Shown: in pieces, positions 51,838 to 61,937 of the stretch
Layout of the letters: every line of letters starts with the position of its first letter
Position numbering within the stretch: the first letter of the stretch is position 1
DNA from: an uncultured archaeon
GTDB lineage: Archaea; Thermoplasmatota; Thermoplasmata; Thermoplasmatales; Thermoplasmataceae
DNA length: 64,000 nt
Direction: 5' to 3'
Assembly (NCBI GenBank): GCA_000965745.1
Contig: CP009479.1
Location: 1,280,001-1,344,000 of the forward strand
Notes under the pieces: model-generated
The model's database searches: none
Seen by the model: only the letters and a program-made list of their open reading frames with translations
What the model was told of the DNA's origin: nothing
Program-made: the position numbers and the translations under genes

Positions 51838-52233
51838 CTACTCAATCATCGATTTTATAGTTTGTTGAAGCTCGACCTCAACCGATCCCGCGAGTTCGTC
51901 AAGACCATCGAGGCCCGTGAGCTTTATTGCCTCAGTCGGCTTGAGCAGGGAGACTTTTGTTGAATCATTTTCTCTGTATATGGATATTTTGCATGGAAGT
52001 ACAAGACCTACGTCTTTATGGGTTTGTATGGCGTTTCCTGCATGCTTCGGATTGCAGACGTCGAGTATGAGGTATGGCTCAATTGTCTGATCATTCTTCT
52101 CTTTTAGGATTTTCTGGACGTCAATTCTGCTGAGAATGCCATAACCCTTTTCCTTCAGGCTTTCCTGGAGCATTTCAGCAACTTCCTCAACACCATTGTC
52201 CGTTGTTATCGTGTAGTCTATGTTTCCACCCAA
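51838..52233 (-). CDS. DUF302 family protein
   Basis: 'ILDVCNP', 'LPCKI'; SD GAGGTG before TTG 52233. Confidence 0.85.
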   Translation of the reverse strand: MGGNIDYTITTDNGVEEVAEMLQESLKEKGYGILSRIDVQKILKEKNDQTIEPYLILDVCNPKHAGNAIQTHKDVGLVLPCKISIYRENDSTKVSLLKPTEAIKLTGLDGLDELAGSVEVELQQTIKSMIE

Positions 52234-52339
52234 TTTGCCCACCTCGGGCAATCCAGAATACTCACTTAGAATAAAAATCTCACGGTATTGCAAATATCAC
52301 ACAATACTTATATTGGACTTTGTAATTTTAGAACGGGAA

Positions 52340-52753
52340 ATGTCCGATATCAACCTGCTGAAAAAGGAAGGTTCTTCCTGCACTGAGCTGCTTGAATGTT
52401 TCTATGACCTTAGTGCAAACGAATGTGAAGCATTCTACAAAATTGCTGCAATGGAGAAGGTGACACTGGACGAACTCTCGTCAATCATAGCAAGAGACCG
52501 AAGCACGACACATCGGCTCTTGCAGAAGCTTGTTGGGCTCGGCCTGTGCTACAAGGAGAAAATGACACTGGAAAGGGGCGGATATATTCACGTCTACAGG
52601 GCTCCAAGTACTTCAAGAGTTAAAAAACAGCTTGAAAAAAGGATTACGGAATACATGGAGGATTTGAACATACTGGCGTCCAGGATAGAAGACGACCTGG
52701 AAGTAAGAATAAACAGCCACAAGAAAATCTCCAATACGAGGTCAGAACAGTAA
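52340..52753 (+). CDS. TrmB-like HTH regulator, Cys-rich
   Basis: 'LLECFYDLS', 'RDRSTTHRLLQKL', 'RGGYIHVY'. Confidence 0.8.
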   Translation: MSDINLLKKEGSSCTELLECFYDLSANECEAFYKIAAMEKVTLDELSSIIARDRSTTHRLLQKLVGLGLCYKEKMTLERGGYIHVYRAPSTSRVKKQLEKRITEYMEDLNILASRIEDDLEVRINSHKKISNTRSEQ

Positions 52754-52845
52754 ATTCAGGAATAGTCGATGAAAAACTGGCTTACCCGGCTTGCAAGTGT
52801 TCGCACAAGCCGGACTGCCAAATCCGGGTAGAAGTGGATTGGTAT

Positions 52846-53061
52846 TTATTTTGGAACAATTCTTACTACGTTGCTGCCCCTTATCACAACAGTGCCTAAC
52901 TTTCTTGTCAGGCTTTCATTGCTTTCCTCAACATCTTCAAGGACCATGTTCATGTATTCGTCATAGCCTGAAAGGACTCCTTCCAGTACCCTGTTATCTT
53001 TTAGCAACAATGCAACTCTCTTGTTCAAACTTTCTTCCAGCATTTTCATAGGCATGATCAA
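52846..53061 (-). CDS. Sm-like (LSm/SmAP) RNA-binding protein
   Basis: 'GYDEYMNMVL', 'VIRGSNV'. Confidence 0.92.
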   Translation of the reverse strand: MIMPMKMLEESLNKRVALLLKDNRVLEGVLSGYDEYMNMVLEDVEESNESLTRKLGTVVIRGSNVVRIVPK

Positions 53062-53073
53062 TTCTTGTTCACC

Positions 53074-53238
53074 TCAGTTATATTCGTCGTCATCCAGTCC
53101 TTCTTCTCGGCTCATAATGACCTGAATAAGTCCCCTCAGAACTTCCTTCACGTCATCAAGCTCCCTTCGCATTACGGTGAGCTCATTATTGAGCTTTTCA
53201 ACATCCTTTAGTTTATTCGTATTATTATTACCTTTCAT
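53074..53238 (-). CDS. Small coiled-coil hypothetical protein
   Basis: Lies between csl4 and the Sm gene with a GGTGA SD. Confidence 0.55.
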   Translation of the reverse strand: MKGNNNTNKLKDVEKLNNELTVMRRELDDVKEVLRGLIQVIMSREEGLDDDEYN

Positions 53239-53836
53239 CAACATCACCAAATTCTTGCACATTTCCATAGTCGTCGGCGAACTTTCTGGACTCATTCCTC
53301 TCGCAGTTCTCGCAATAGAGGGCATTGTTCTTCTCAACTAGGGGCTTTCTGCAGCGGCTGCAGAGGGATTTTACTGCCCCGAAATGCTTACCTGAAACGG
53401 TGACTTCGTAAAACGGAGAAACTCTGCTGAAACGGCCCCTTATTATGTCTCCCACTTTAAACTGTGGAATTCCGCCGCTTTCTCCTCTTCTACCTCTCTG
53501 ACCCATGCTCTTCAGATTGGCGTCGACAATATACTCCTTCAGGACATTGTCTTTGCCGCATATTGCCCCAACTCTTACCGTATCATGCCTGCCATCAATC
53601 TTTATGACCTGGCCATACGCAATATCGCCTGTTCTTGGCATCACTCTTTTCTTGGTGGGTTCCACTGAGATAACAAGATTTTTTTCATCTCTCTTTATAC
53701 GTCCACCTGCAAGGGAAATAACCCTTCCCTGATCATCAATTGTAAACCTTCCCGGGACGTACTCTTCTGTAGTTGAAAGAACATCGCCTGGGAGAGCCCA
53801 ATCCTTAGAATTTTGCTGCTCGTTACTTGTAACCAT
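53228..53836 (-). CDS. csl4: Exosome RNA-binding subunit Csl4
   Basis: 'LPGD...EEYVPG', S1 domain, Zn ribbon CSRC...CENC..ESRK. Confidence 0.9.
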   Translation of the reverse strand: MVTSNEQQNSKDWALPGDVLSTTEEYVPGRFTIDDQGRVISLAGGRIKRDEKNLVISVEPTKKRVMPRTGDIAYGQVIKIDGRHDTVRVGAICGKDNVLKEYIVDANLKSMGQRGRRGESGGIPQFKVGDIIRGRFSRVSPFYEVTVSGKHFGAVKSLCSRCRKPLVEKNNALYCENCERNESRKFADDYGNVQEFGDVDER

Positions 53837-54005
53837 CGAATTCCCTTCAAAAGCTATTTAGAATGTATTAACGGATATTATTTAACTCTTGTTGCGTGTG
53901 TAGCCCGGGCAATATCCGCAGGATTCCAATGAAGTTCCGTTCCCATAGAGTCAATGGATGGGTTGTATGGTAAACAATAATACCACTACTCAAATTCACC
54001 ACTGA

Positions 54006-55580
54006 ATGATCAAGGATGAAGCCTTCTTCGGTTTTGCCAGAACGGGAGAGCTTAATGGCTTTCAATACCCTGGAATAATGAGATCCGGAAAGGGAGGGCA
54101 AATTGTAGCAACAGGAACTGAAATTGAAGTTCTGGGAGAGAAGATACAAAGGAGGATATTCTACCCCGACGCAATAGAATCTTCTGGTTCAGACCGTTTT
54201 CTGACTCTTGAGAATTTGGTATTGATTCCCAATGGGATCGAACTTCTCCAGAGGCCTGCAAAGCTTATTGAAAGAATTCACCAGGTGCGGAAGAGCTTGG
54301 GATTTGGCAAACTGATTTATGTTCAGGGAATTTCTGACCCTTACCTGATTCCGGCCCTCGTATATGCAGGCGTACAGCTTTTCGATGATTCATACCCGGT
54401 AGCAGAAGGGCTGGAAGGCATCAAGTACACAATGTTTGGAAAATCCAAGAGCGATCAAAACACGGTGGAAGAAAACACTTCATTCATCGAAGCGGAATCT
54501 GCCCTCCTAAGAAAGTCGATAGAAAACGGGACTCTCCGGGAGATCGTTGAGAAATTTGCATTTTCAAGCAAAGCACTTGAAATAATGAGAATTCTGGACC
54601 GCTACTATTATGCAGAGATGGAGGCGGTTTATCCTGTGAGAACACCGTACATCAAGGCAAACGGTATTGAAGCACTTGAACGCCCCGATCTGAAGAGGTA
54701 CAGGGAGAAACTGTCATCGGAATTCAAAAAACCTGATGATGTAAGAATTGCACTCATTATGCCATGTTCGGCAAGAAAACCCTATTCAACCTCAAAATCA
54801 CACCAGGCGATTCTATCTAGAATTTCCGACTTCAGGAGGTATATTCATGAAATAATCGTCACCTCTCCCGTAGGGGTTGTTCCAAGGGAGCTGGAAGACT
54901 CCTACCCTGCGCGTTTCTACGACATCCCCGTTATTGGGATGTGGTATGAAGAGGAGAAGAAGATGATGTCTGATCTCCTTTTGCAATACTTCAAGAGAAA
55001 CACCTATGACAAGGTGATAGCATTCATACCGGAAGACCTTAACTTCATTATACCATCACTTCCTGCAGGTTCTGAAGTAATATCCGGTGGCGCTTCAGTA
55101 ACAGGCAATTTGAGTAAACTGAAGTCTGCCTTGAAAGAATCAGTCTCCCTGTACGGAAAGGAGAAGCCGTCTGACCGGAGGCTCGAAACATACAGATCTA
55201 TAGCCGCGTTCCAGTTTGGAAACTGGATCAGGGATTATCTATCTGGCGCCAAGATAATCAACAGCTACAACCAGGATATGTTGACCCTCAAGGGCAACAT
55301 CCTTCTTGTATACAACAGGGAGCTTGGAAAATTCACTATAAACAAACGATCCGCTGAGTTCTTCCTGGAACAGGGAAGGTACCTGGTGGAGATTGACAAC
55401 TTCAAGCCCACAGCAAACGTGTACGCTGTTGGCGTGCTTGACTGCACAAGTGATGTAAGGCCGGAAGATGAGGTCGTGCTTACCCACAAAGGTGAAATAA
55501 AGGGAGTGGGGATCGCCAAGATGCCTCCTGATGCGATGAAACAGCTTAAAAAGGGGACTGCTGTCAAGGTCAGGAACTAG
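54006..55580 (+). CDS. arcS: Archaeosine synthase subunit alpha
   Basis: 'PCSARKPYSTSKSH', 'TSPVGVVPRELE..YP', C-terminal PUA domain. Confidence 0.9.
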   Translation: MIKDEAFFGFARTGELNGFQYPGIMRSGKGGQIVATGTEIEVLGEKIQRRIFYPDAIESSGSDRFLTLENLVLIPNGIELLQRPAKLIERIHQVRKSLGFGKLIYVQGISDPYLIPALVYAGVQLFDDSYPVAEGLEGIKYTMFGKSKSDQNTVEENTSFIEAESALLRKSIENGTLREIVEKFAFSSKALEIMRILDRYYYAEMEAVYPVRTPYIKANGIEALERPDLKRYREKLSSEFKKPDDVRIALIMPCSARKPYSTSKSHQAILSRISDFRRYIHEIIVTSPVGVVPRELEDSYPARFYDIPVIGMWYEEEKKMMSDLLLQYFKRNTYDKVIAFIPEDLNFIIPSLPAGSEVISGGASVTGNLSKLKSALKESVSLYGKEKPSDRRLETYRSIAAFQFGNWIRDYLSGAKIINSYNQDMLTLKGNILLVYNRELGKFTINKRSAEFFLEQGRYLVEIDNFKPTANVYAVGVLDCTSDVRPEDEVVLTHKGEIKGVGIAKMPPDAMKQLKKGTAVKVRN

Positions 55581-55658
55581 TTCTCACCGCGCTTCAAGGT
55601 GTTATTTCGCACAAAACAAGGAGAAAAGTATTTTATACTTTTATTAACTCGATCGTTG

Positions 55659-58598
55659 TTGGCGCCCAAATCTATTGCTCTTCTTGTGGTTGGGGTAATC
55701 ATAATCTCGACACTGTTCAGTGTGTTCCAGGTCACTTACCCAACGGGAAACCCGGTATTGTCGCCAATTCAACCTAAACAATACCAGCTTTTCAAATACC
55801 AGTTTACAGACAAGAACCTTCTTGGAAATTCCTCGACAAGTTTCGTTCCAACTGGCAACGGAACCATAACCATTGAAGGGTATGTGCATTCCAGCAATGG
55901 CTCATCAAACACTCCAATATCAGATGCCTATCTCTACGCAGCAGTATTTCCTGCGGAGTCTGATTATTATACGAATTCAAATGGTTTTTACCAGATCACG
56001 GTGATAAAGTATGGCCATGGAACCTTTGCTTTCCAGGTTCCCGGTTTCAACCCGAAATTATTCAAACTCGATCTGTACGGGTCGAGCGTGTACTGGCTCA
56101 ATATTTCGTTAAATCCAGCCCAGAAGTATAATATCAGCGGAACTACAGTTGATCAGGGTGGCCATCTAGTTCCTAACGCTAAACTGACCTTTTCAGATTT
56201 TGTCCAGACGTTTACAGTCGAATCTTCCAAGGCAGGCGGTTATTCACTGTCGCTTTATAATGGAACATACATTATATCAGTAACCAAGCCGGGATTTGCA
56301 AATCAGCCCAAGCCGTACATGCTTGTTGTGAATGGCATCGGAAATTCAAATTTCAAGTTGACGCTGAAGTCTCTGTCAACTCCAAGTTATTATGTCAGCG
56401 GATATGTGCACAACGTAAAGGGCGCACTAATCAAAGGTGCTTCAGTAACATCATCGCTGATAAATAGCACGTCGCAGACCAATTCATCGGGTTATTATGT
56501 CATAGAAGTTCCATTCGGTTCCAACACGATAATAGCATTCGCCAACGGATACGGGTATAATTACACCCAGGTGTACGTGAGGGCAAACCTGACGGACATT
56601 AATCTCACTCTCACCAACAATAACCCGTTTGGAAACTCTGGCCCGAACAGCATAAATGGCACGGGAACTTCCGGGCTGCCGCCCGGCGCTGTGAAGAACA
56701 TAACGGGGGCCCTGGGAAACAAGACATCCAGTGTCAATTACGGGAATAACAGCTCCGGCAGCAATGGAAATTCCGGAGGCTCAAATGGCGGGTCAGGATC
56801 AGGAATCATCCTTCAGGGTAACGTGACGAACAGCAACAATTCCGCACCGGTCGCGGATACCTACCTGTATTTCTATGTAAACGTGAACGGGACGTATTAT
56901 TATGAAGGTGTTATGACAAACAGCACCGGCTATTATTCGATTGTTGTGGCATACAAAGGCCACTACAACTTCTACGTGTACTCCCCACTTTATGAGAATT
57001 ATTCATTTGGAACGTGGATAAATGGCACTTCACAAAAGGATTTCAACCTTACGCCATTGCCTGGCACCACCTACAAGGTCAGCGGTGAGGTTGTGAATAA
57101 TCTGGACGGAGTGGGCATACCTGCCAAGGTGACGGTATATGCATTCGGCTCTCTCAGCCCCATGATGCAGGCCGGAGCCAACGGCACAGGCAATTATGCC
57201 TTATATCTCATTAAGGGCAACTACTCCATGAAAGCATCTTCGTATGGGTTCTCATCATCATGGAACAACTCATCCATGCAACCTCTTTCAGTTAATCTCC
57301 TGAAAGATTTCAGCCTTAACCCCGTTTCCACACTGGGATCCAGTACTTCACTGTGGAACCAGTCAGGGTCAACGGGCATGCCCGGAGTATCATCCTCCAA
57401 CGTCTCATCCCAGCTAAGCAATTCCAGTGGTGGCAACAGCCTTGCAACTGGTGTGAAGGCAGTTACTCTTACCATGCACATGGTAAATGCGACTGACAAT
57501 TCCTCCCTTGTAAATATGCAATATGAGCTTTTCATCAAGCTGAACTCTGTCGTCTACAAATACAACGGCAATACGAACCAGACTGGCAACTCAACTATAC
57601 TCCTGGGGTATGGCGGCAATTACTCGCTGTTGGTTGAGACCTTCTACTACTATGGCAAGACCGTATCTATCAACATGACCAAGAATACCAGCACAGTGAT
57701 GTACCTTCACCCAAGGGCGGTACACACATTGAATGCAACTCTTGTAAACGCATATAACCTTACGGGTGGAATTAATGTAACAGTCCCTGTCACTTACCTT
57801 AACATAACTAACTACAAACAGAGTTTATATAGGACTTCCACGAAAGAGATAACAGGTGTTGGAACGGTGTTTGACTACTCGCTGCCAAAGGGTAACTATT
57901 CGTTTGCCTACAACAACGTGAACTATGTAACCCATAGCTTCTCTGCAAACATAAGCAACGCCCCTAACAGTACAATACAGCACATAAAGCCATATCTGGT
58001 AATAGTGAATTCAAATTCATCGGCAGCCTTCACTTACAGCTTAATCCCGGCCAGACAGAATGCTGTTGCTGTATCGCCAAATTCAAGTTATCAGGAGTTC
58101 TATGCGGGTCAGGCAAATCTGCAGTATTCATTCAGCGCATATCTTGGAAACAATCTGGTCGCCGGCAAGATCTTCACTCTTTCTGCGGCTAAGCCTGTAA
58201 GCAACCTTTATCTGAACATAACCGGCGGCTCCAGAAATGAAACGCAGAATTACTGGAGTGTCTACCCCGTACAGAATTCATCAGTCAAGGTTACCACATC
58301 ATATGATTATCAGAACACGCAGAATGTGTACATCTATGCGCTGGCAGTCAACTACACCCTGGGGAGCGGACTGGTGCTGGAGATCAACGGCGCAGTGCAG
58401 AACAATATAATCAGGAATGGAAACGGAGTATCATTCTCCACATATTATGCATACAAAGGCGGAGTGATGAATACCAGCTTCCAGTCTTCATACGGGATCT
58501 CATCCGCTCCAACATACCAGGAACTGGAGTTTTCGGCTATGACCGTTTACTATTACACTCCAGTTTTTGCTTATGCAACATCATCAGGAGGAAACTGA
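55659..58598 (+). CDS. Large surface glycoprotein with carboxypeptidase-regulatory-like beta-sandwich repeats
   Basis: N-terminal TM, repeated 'I/VxGxV...TNSxGYY' modules, many N-x-S/T sequons. Start approximate. Confidence 0.85.
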   Translation: MAPKSIALLVVGVIIISTLFSVFQVTYPTGNPVLSPIQPKQYQLFKYQFTDKNLLGNSSTSFVPTGNGTITIEGYVHSSNGSSNTPISDAYLYAAVFPAESDYYTNSNGFYQITVIKYGHGTFAFQVPGFNPKLFKLDLYGSSVYWLNISLNPAQKYNISGTTVDQGGHLVPNAKLTFSDFVQTFTVESSKAGGYSLSLYNGTYIISVTKPGFANQPKPYMLVVNGIGNSNFKLTLKSLSTPSYYVSGYVHNVKGALIKGASVTSSLINSTSQTNSSGYYVIEVPFGSNTIIAFANGYGYNYTQVYVRANLTDINLTLTNNNPFGNSGPNSINGTGTSGLPPGAVKNITGALGNKTSSVNYGNNSSGSNGNSGGSNGGSGSGIILQGNVTNSNNSAPVADTYLYFYVNVNGTYYYEGVMTNSTGYYSIVVAYKGHYNFYVYSPLYENYSFGTWINGTSQKDFNLTPLPGTTYKVSGEVVNNLDGVGIPAKVTVYAFGSLSPMMQAGANGTGNYALYLIKGNYSMKASSYGFSSSWNNSSMQPLSVNLLKDFSLNPVSTLGSSTSLWNQSGSTGMPGVSSSNVSSQLSNSSGGNSLATGVKAVTLTMHMVNATDNSSLVNMQYELFIKLNSVVYKYNGNTNQTGNSTILLGYGGNYSLLVETFYYYGKTVSINMTKNTSTVMYLHPRAVHTLNATLVNAYNLTGGINVTVPVTYLNITNYKQSLYRTSTKEITGVGTVFDYSLPKGNYSFAYNNVNYVTHSFSANISNAPNSTIQHIKPYLVIVNSNSSAAFTYSLIPARQNAVAVSPNSSYQEFYAGQANLQYSFSAYLGNNLVAGKIFTLSAAKPVSNLYLNITGGSRNETQNYWSVYPVQNSSVKVTTSYDYQNTQNVYIYALAVNYTLGSGLVLEINGAVQNNIIRNGNGVSFSTYYAYKGGVMNTSFQSSYGISSAPTYQELEFSAMTVYYYTPVFAYATSSGGN

Positions 58599-58599
58599 C

Positions 58600-59172
58600 G
58601 TGGCACTTTTCGGTTCAGGTAAAGAAAAAGACGTAGTCAAGAAAGTTAGGAAGAAAAAAAAGGGGAAAGAATTGGCATCGAGCGTCAAGACTGTCATTGA
58701 GATAAAGACAGTCGGTGACATACCACCAATAGTTGAGGCAAGGCAGGCTGTCAGCGAAGGTGAGCTCAACCAGGCTGCCATCAACGGTTTCCGCACCATG
58801 AAGAAGGATTACATCAGATATTTCAGGGTTGATCCGATTGCAGGCGGCAGCAACCGTGATTTTATCATCAAAACACTCACGTCAATGGGCGTGGACGTCA
58901 GCGAGAGGGCCTTTGTCGACAATCTGGCAATAACAGAAGCCCTGGATGGTGACGAAGAAGCTGAGGAGAACGTGAAGGCCAAGTACAATGCCCTTCGCAA
59001 GCTGACAAGATTCTATCTTGATTATTATGAGAAGGCAAGATTTTCGCATGATCTTCACGGGGACGGGGATGATATTGTAGACAGGATGATTGAAGTGTAC
59101 AACTACATGGACATCATGTACCTGTATTTCCCTGAAGCAAATATGAAGAGGGAAATGGGGAATGGTACTTAG
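58600..59172 (+). CDS. Hypothetical protein
   Basis: GGAGG SD then GTG, in the operon. Confidence 0.7.
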   Translation: MALFGSGKEKDVVKKVRKKKKGKELASSVKTVIEIKTVGDIPPIVEARQAVSEGELNQAAINGFRTMKKDYIRYFRVDPIAGGSNRDFIIKTLTSMGVDVSERAFVDNLAITEALDGDEEAEENVKAKYNALRKLTRFYLDYYEKARFSHDLHGDGDDIVDRMIEVYNYMDIMYLYFPEANMKREMGNGT

Positions 59173-59665
59173 TATTCTCGGGGGACTTCAAGGAGTTTTT
59201 TCTACGTTTATCTCAAATATAGAGTCTTACCCACTCATACTGATGAGATTTCTCGTTCCCGTACTACTTCTTCTGATTGCAACAATGGCTGTGCAGAGGG
59301 TCTCAAAGAAGGAAAAAATAGACTCAACTCCGACAGTGGAGCAGAAGAGAGAACAGTTTGTGGTGCCGGACGACTTTTTCAACAAAGAAGTAGGCTACAT
59401 AACGAATGATGAGTACGAGCATTACCTTCGCCCAATGGAAAATGAATTCAGGAGAATGAAGGAAACGTTCGACCAGTTCAAGGTTCTGGACAAGCTTTAC
59501 AAAAAATATGATGCCAGGACAAGATCAGCCTCGAGAAGGAGAAGAAAAAGGGCACTGGAAATGCGAAGAGAAGTTTTTGACCAGATCCTGGAGCTTTATA
59601 ACTATCTCAGGCAGGTCAGGCTCTCAATTGTTGAGTATGATGAATTTGAAGAGGTGAAGGAATAA
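59162..59665 (+). CDS. Hypothetical membrane-anchored protein
   Basis: N-terminal TM followed by a charged helical domain. Confidence 0.7.
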   Translation: MVLSILGGLQGVFSTFISNIESYPLILMRFLVPVLLLLIATMAVQRVSKKEKIDSTPTVEQKREQFVVPDDFFNKEVGYITNDEYEHYLRPMENEFRRMKETFDQFKVLDKLYKKYDARTRSASRRRRKRALEMRREVFDQILELYNYLRQVRLSIVEYDEFEEVKE

Positions 59666-60633
59666 TGACAGAATTATCTGAAAATAATCTTCTGGAGCTG
59701 AGAAACAACGTTCTCTCAGTCCAGAAGTCAATAGGGCAGAAGGTCATCGGAGCGGAAAGGATAGTCAGGTTCATGTTCATTGCTCTGATGAGCGAAAATC
59801 ATGTCCTTCTTGAGGGCGTTCCGGGACTTGCCAAGACCATGCTCGCAAGCGAGTTCTCGAAGCATCTTGGTATGGAATTCAAGAGGATCCAGTTCACTCC
59901 GGATATGCTTCCGTCGGACGTGACTGGAAGTATTGTGTTCAACCTGGAAACAAGGAAAATGGAATTCAGGCAGGGGCCCATATTCGCCAATGTCCTGCTG
60001 GCAGATGAAATAAACAGGACGCCACCTAAGGTGCACTCTGCCCTTCTCGAGGCTATGGAGGAGAAGCAGGTCTCTGTCGGTGGAAACAGCCAGAAAGTAC
60101 CTGAGCCGTTCCTCGTTATCGCAACGCAGAACCCGATAGAGCAGGAAGGCACATTCCCGCTGGCGGAAGCGCTGATGGACAGGTTCCTTTTCAGATACAT
60201 ACTGACTTACCCGACAAGACAGGAAGAGATGGAAATCCTGAGATCCACATCAACATACAGCGAGCCACCGGGCAGCATACTCGGCCCTGAGCTTGTCATG
60301 CGCCTGAGGGAGGAAGTTTCTGAAGTCTACGCTTCCGAGGAGATAATGAACTATATTGTGGATATAACCAGGAAGACGAGGGAGCATGACATGGTCTACA
60401 TAGGTGCAAGCCCAAGAACAACTGCGAAGTTCCTCAAAGCTGCCAAAGCAAATGCCCTGATAAACGGCCGCAATTATGTGATTCCGGAGGATGTAATCTA
60501 CATCTGCACCGAGATACTGAACCACAGGATAATCATGAAGCCGGAGGCCATGATAGAGAACGGAGCGGATGTGATCTCATCAGTCAGGAAGATAATAAGA
60601 AGGATAGTATCGGAAGTTGAACCTCCACAATGA
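59665..60633 (+). CDS. moxR: MoxR family AAA+ ATPase
   Basis: 'LEGVPGLAKT', 'RIQFTPDMLPSD', 'DEINR', 'ATQNPIEQEGTFPL'. Confidence 0.95.
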   Translation: MTELSENNLLELRNNVLSVQKSIGQKVIGAERIVRFMFIALMSENHVLLEGVPGLAKTMLASEFSKHLGMEFKRIQFTPDMLPSDVTGSIVFNLETRKMEFRQGPIFANVLLADEINRTPPKVHSALLEAMEEKQVSVGGNSQKVPEPFLVIATQNPIEQEGTFPLAEALMDRFLFRYILTYPTRQEEMEILRSTSTYSEPPGSILGPELVMRLREEVSEVYASEEIMNYIVDITRKTREHDMVYIGASPRTTAKFLKAAKANALINGRNYVIPEDVIYICTEILNHRIIMKPEAMIENGADVISSVRKIIRRIVSEVEPPQ

Positions 60634-61937
60634 TAAGGAAAACTGGCTGGCTGCTGCTCTCAGTTACATCTTACGGGGTCCTTGAATCCATCCTGCTCGG
60701 GTACAGTTACTACATAATCTTCTCGATGATCATATTCTTCATCGTGGCATCAGATATACTGATATTCAATCTATCAGACGTCAAAGACCTTCATCTTGTT
60801 GATGTCGAGAGGACGATTGACAACACCAGTGCCAGGAAGTGGCAGGAGAGGGAAATCCGCCTGAAATTCACCAACACCTCGAGGAAAACAATATTTTTCC
60901 ACTATTATGACACACTTTCGGACGTATTCAGGGCAAGAGACGATTTTGAAGGCGCCATCGGGCTTACCAGGGGCCAGTCTGTGGAAAAGGTTTATTACCT
61001 GTCGTCAACAGCGATTGGCAAGTATAATGTAGGTCCGGTTAAGCTCTATGTGGAGGACCCAATGAAACTCTGCCTCGGGGTCCGTGCTGCGAGGAAAATA
61101 ACAGAACTTAAGGTTTCTCCTGCTACAAGTGAAATACATACTCAGAGGAGTGAAAGGCTCAGCAACTTTGTCTTCACCCAGGGTATGCATTTTTCAAAGA
61201 AGGTGGGACAGGGTTACGACTTCTATGGACTCAGAAATTACGATCAGTCCGATGATTTTCGGTATATAGCATGGAGCAGGTACGGCCTGATCAACGGTGA
61301 AGACCTTTACATAAAGCAGATGGAGGAAGAGAGGCAGATAGATGTCATGTTCGTCCTTGACTACAGCATAAATGTTAATCAGGGAACTCCTGACAGGCGC
61401 ATGTACGACACCGTCATAACCACTGTGATAAATGCAGCCTACGCTATCCTCAAGAACAGGGACGGCGTAGGATTCAGCATAGATTCATCCATGCATGACT
61501 TCTTCATAAAGCCATCGAAGAGTGAGGCGTCCATAAGGCAGTTTGAAAAAACGGTGGCTGACATAAGGCCAATGGGGCAATTTTACCTCGGCCCTGTACT
61601 TGACAAGATAAAGAAGAGTCTGAAAAAGAACGCACTTGTGCTGATCATATCCCCATTCTCTTATTCAAACGAGCTTTCAAGTGCAATAGACTTCAAAACA
61701 GGAAAGAGGCTTTTCCTATTCCTGCTGGATCCTTACGACTTTGTTGAAATGCGCGATGACGATGTATACAGGAAGCTTATCACGAGCACTGAAGCCAAGC
61801 ACTGGAGATACCTGAAGGGAATTGCAGCCTTCCTGAACAGCGTGGGAATCAAAACATCAATCTCCAGGAGGAAGGACCTCTATGTCCGCCTCATGACGGA
61901 ATACAGCTACGGTAAGATGACTAATGAGGGTGCGTGA
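60630..61937 (+). CDS. DUF58 domain protein
   Basis: 'GYDFYGLRNY...DDFRYIAW', 'VLDYS'. Confidence 0.88.
   Translation: MIRKTGWLLLSVTSYGVLESILLGYSYYIIFSMIIFFIVASDILIFNLSDVKDLHLVDVERTIDNTSARKWQEREIRLKFTNTSRKTIFFHYYDTLSDVFRARDDFEGAIGLTRGQSVEKVYYLSSTAIGKYNVGPVKLYVEDPMKLCLGVRAARKITELKVSPATSEIHTQRSERLSNFVFTQGMHFSKKVGQGYDFYGLRNYDQSDDFRYIAWSRYGLINGEDLYIKQMEEERQIDVMFVLDYSINVNQGTPDRRMYDTVITTVINAAYAILKNRDGVGFSIDSSMHDFFIKPSKSEASIRQFEKTVADIRPMGQFYLGPVLDKIKKSLKKNALVLIISPFSYSNELSSAIDFKTGKRLFLFLLDPYDFVEMRDDDVYRKLITSTEAKHWRYLKGIAAFLNSVGIKTSISRRKDLYVRLMTEYSYGKMTNEGA

Noticed and set aside
52783-52830. Nested inverted repeats between the convergent regulator and Sm genes
   Set aside because: Most simply a bidirectional 3' hairpin or terminator
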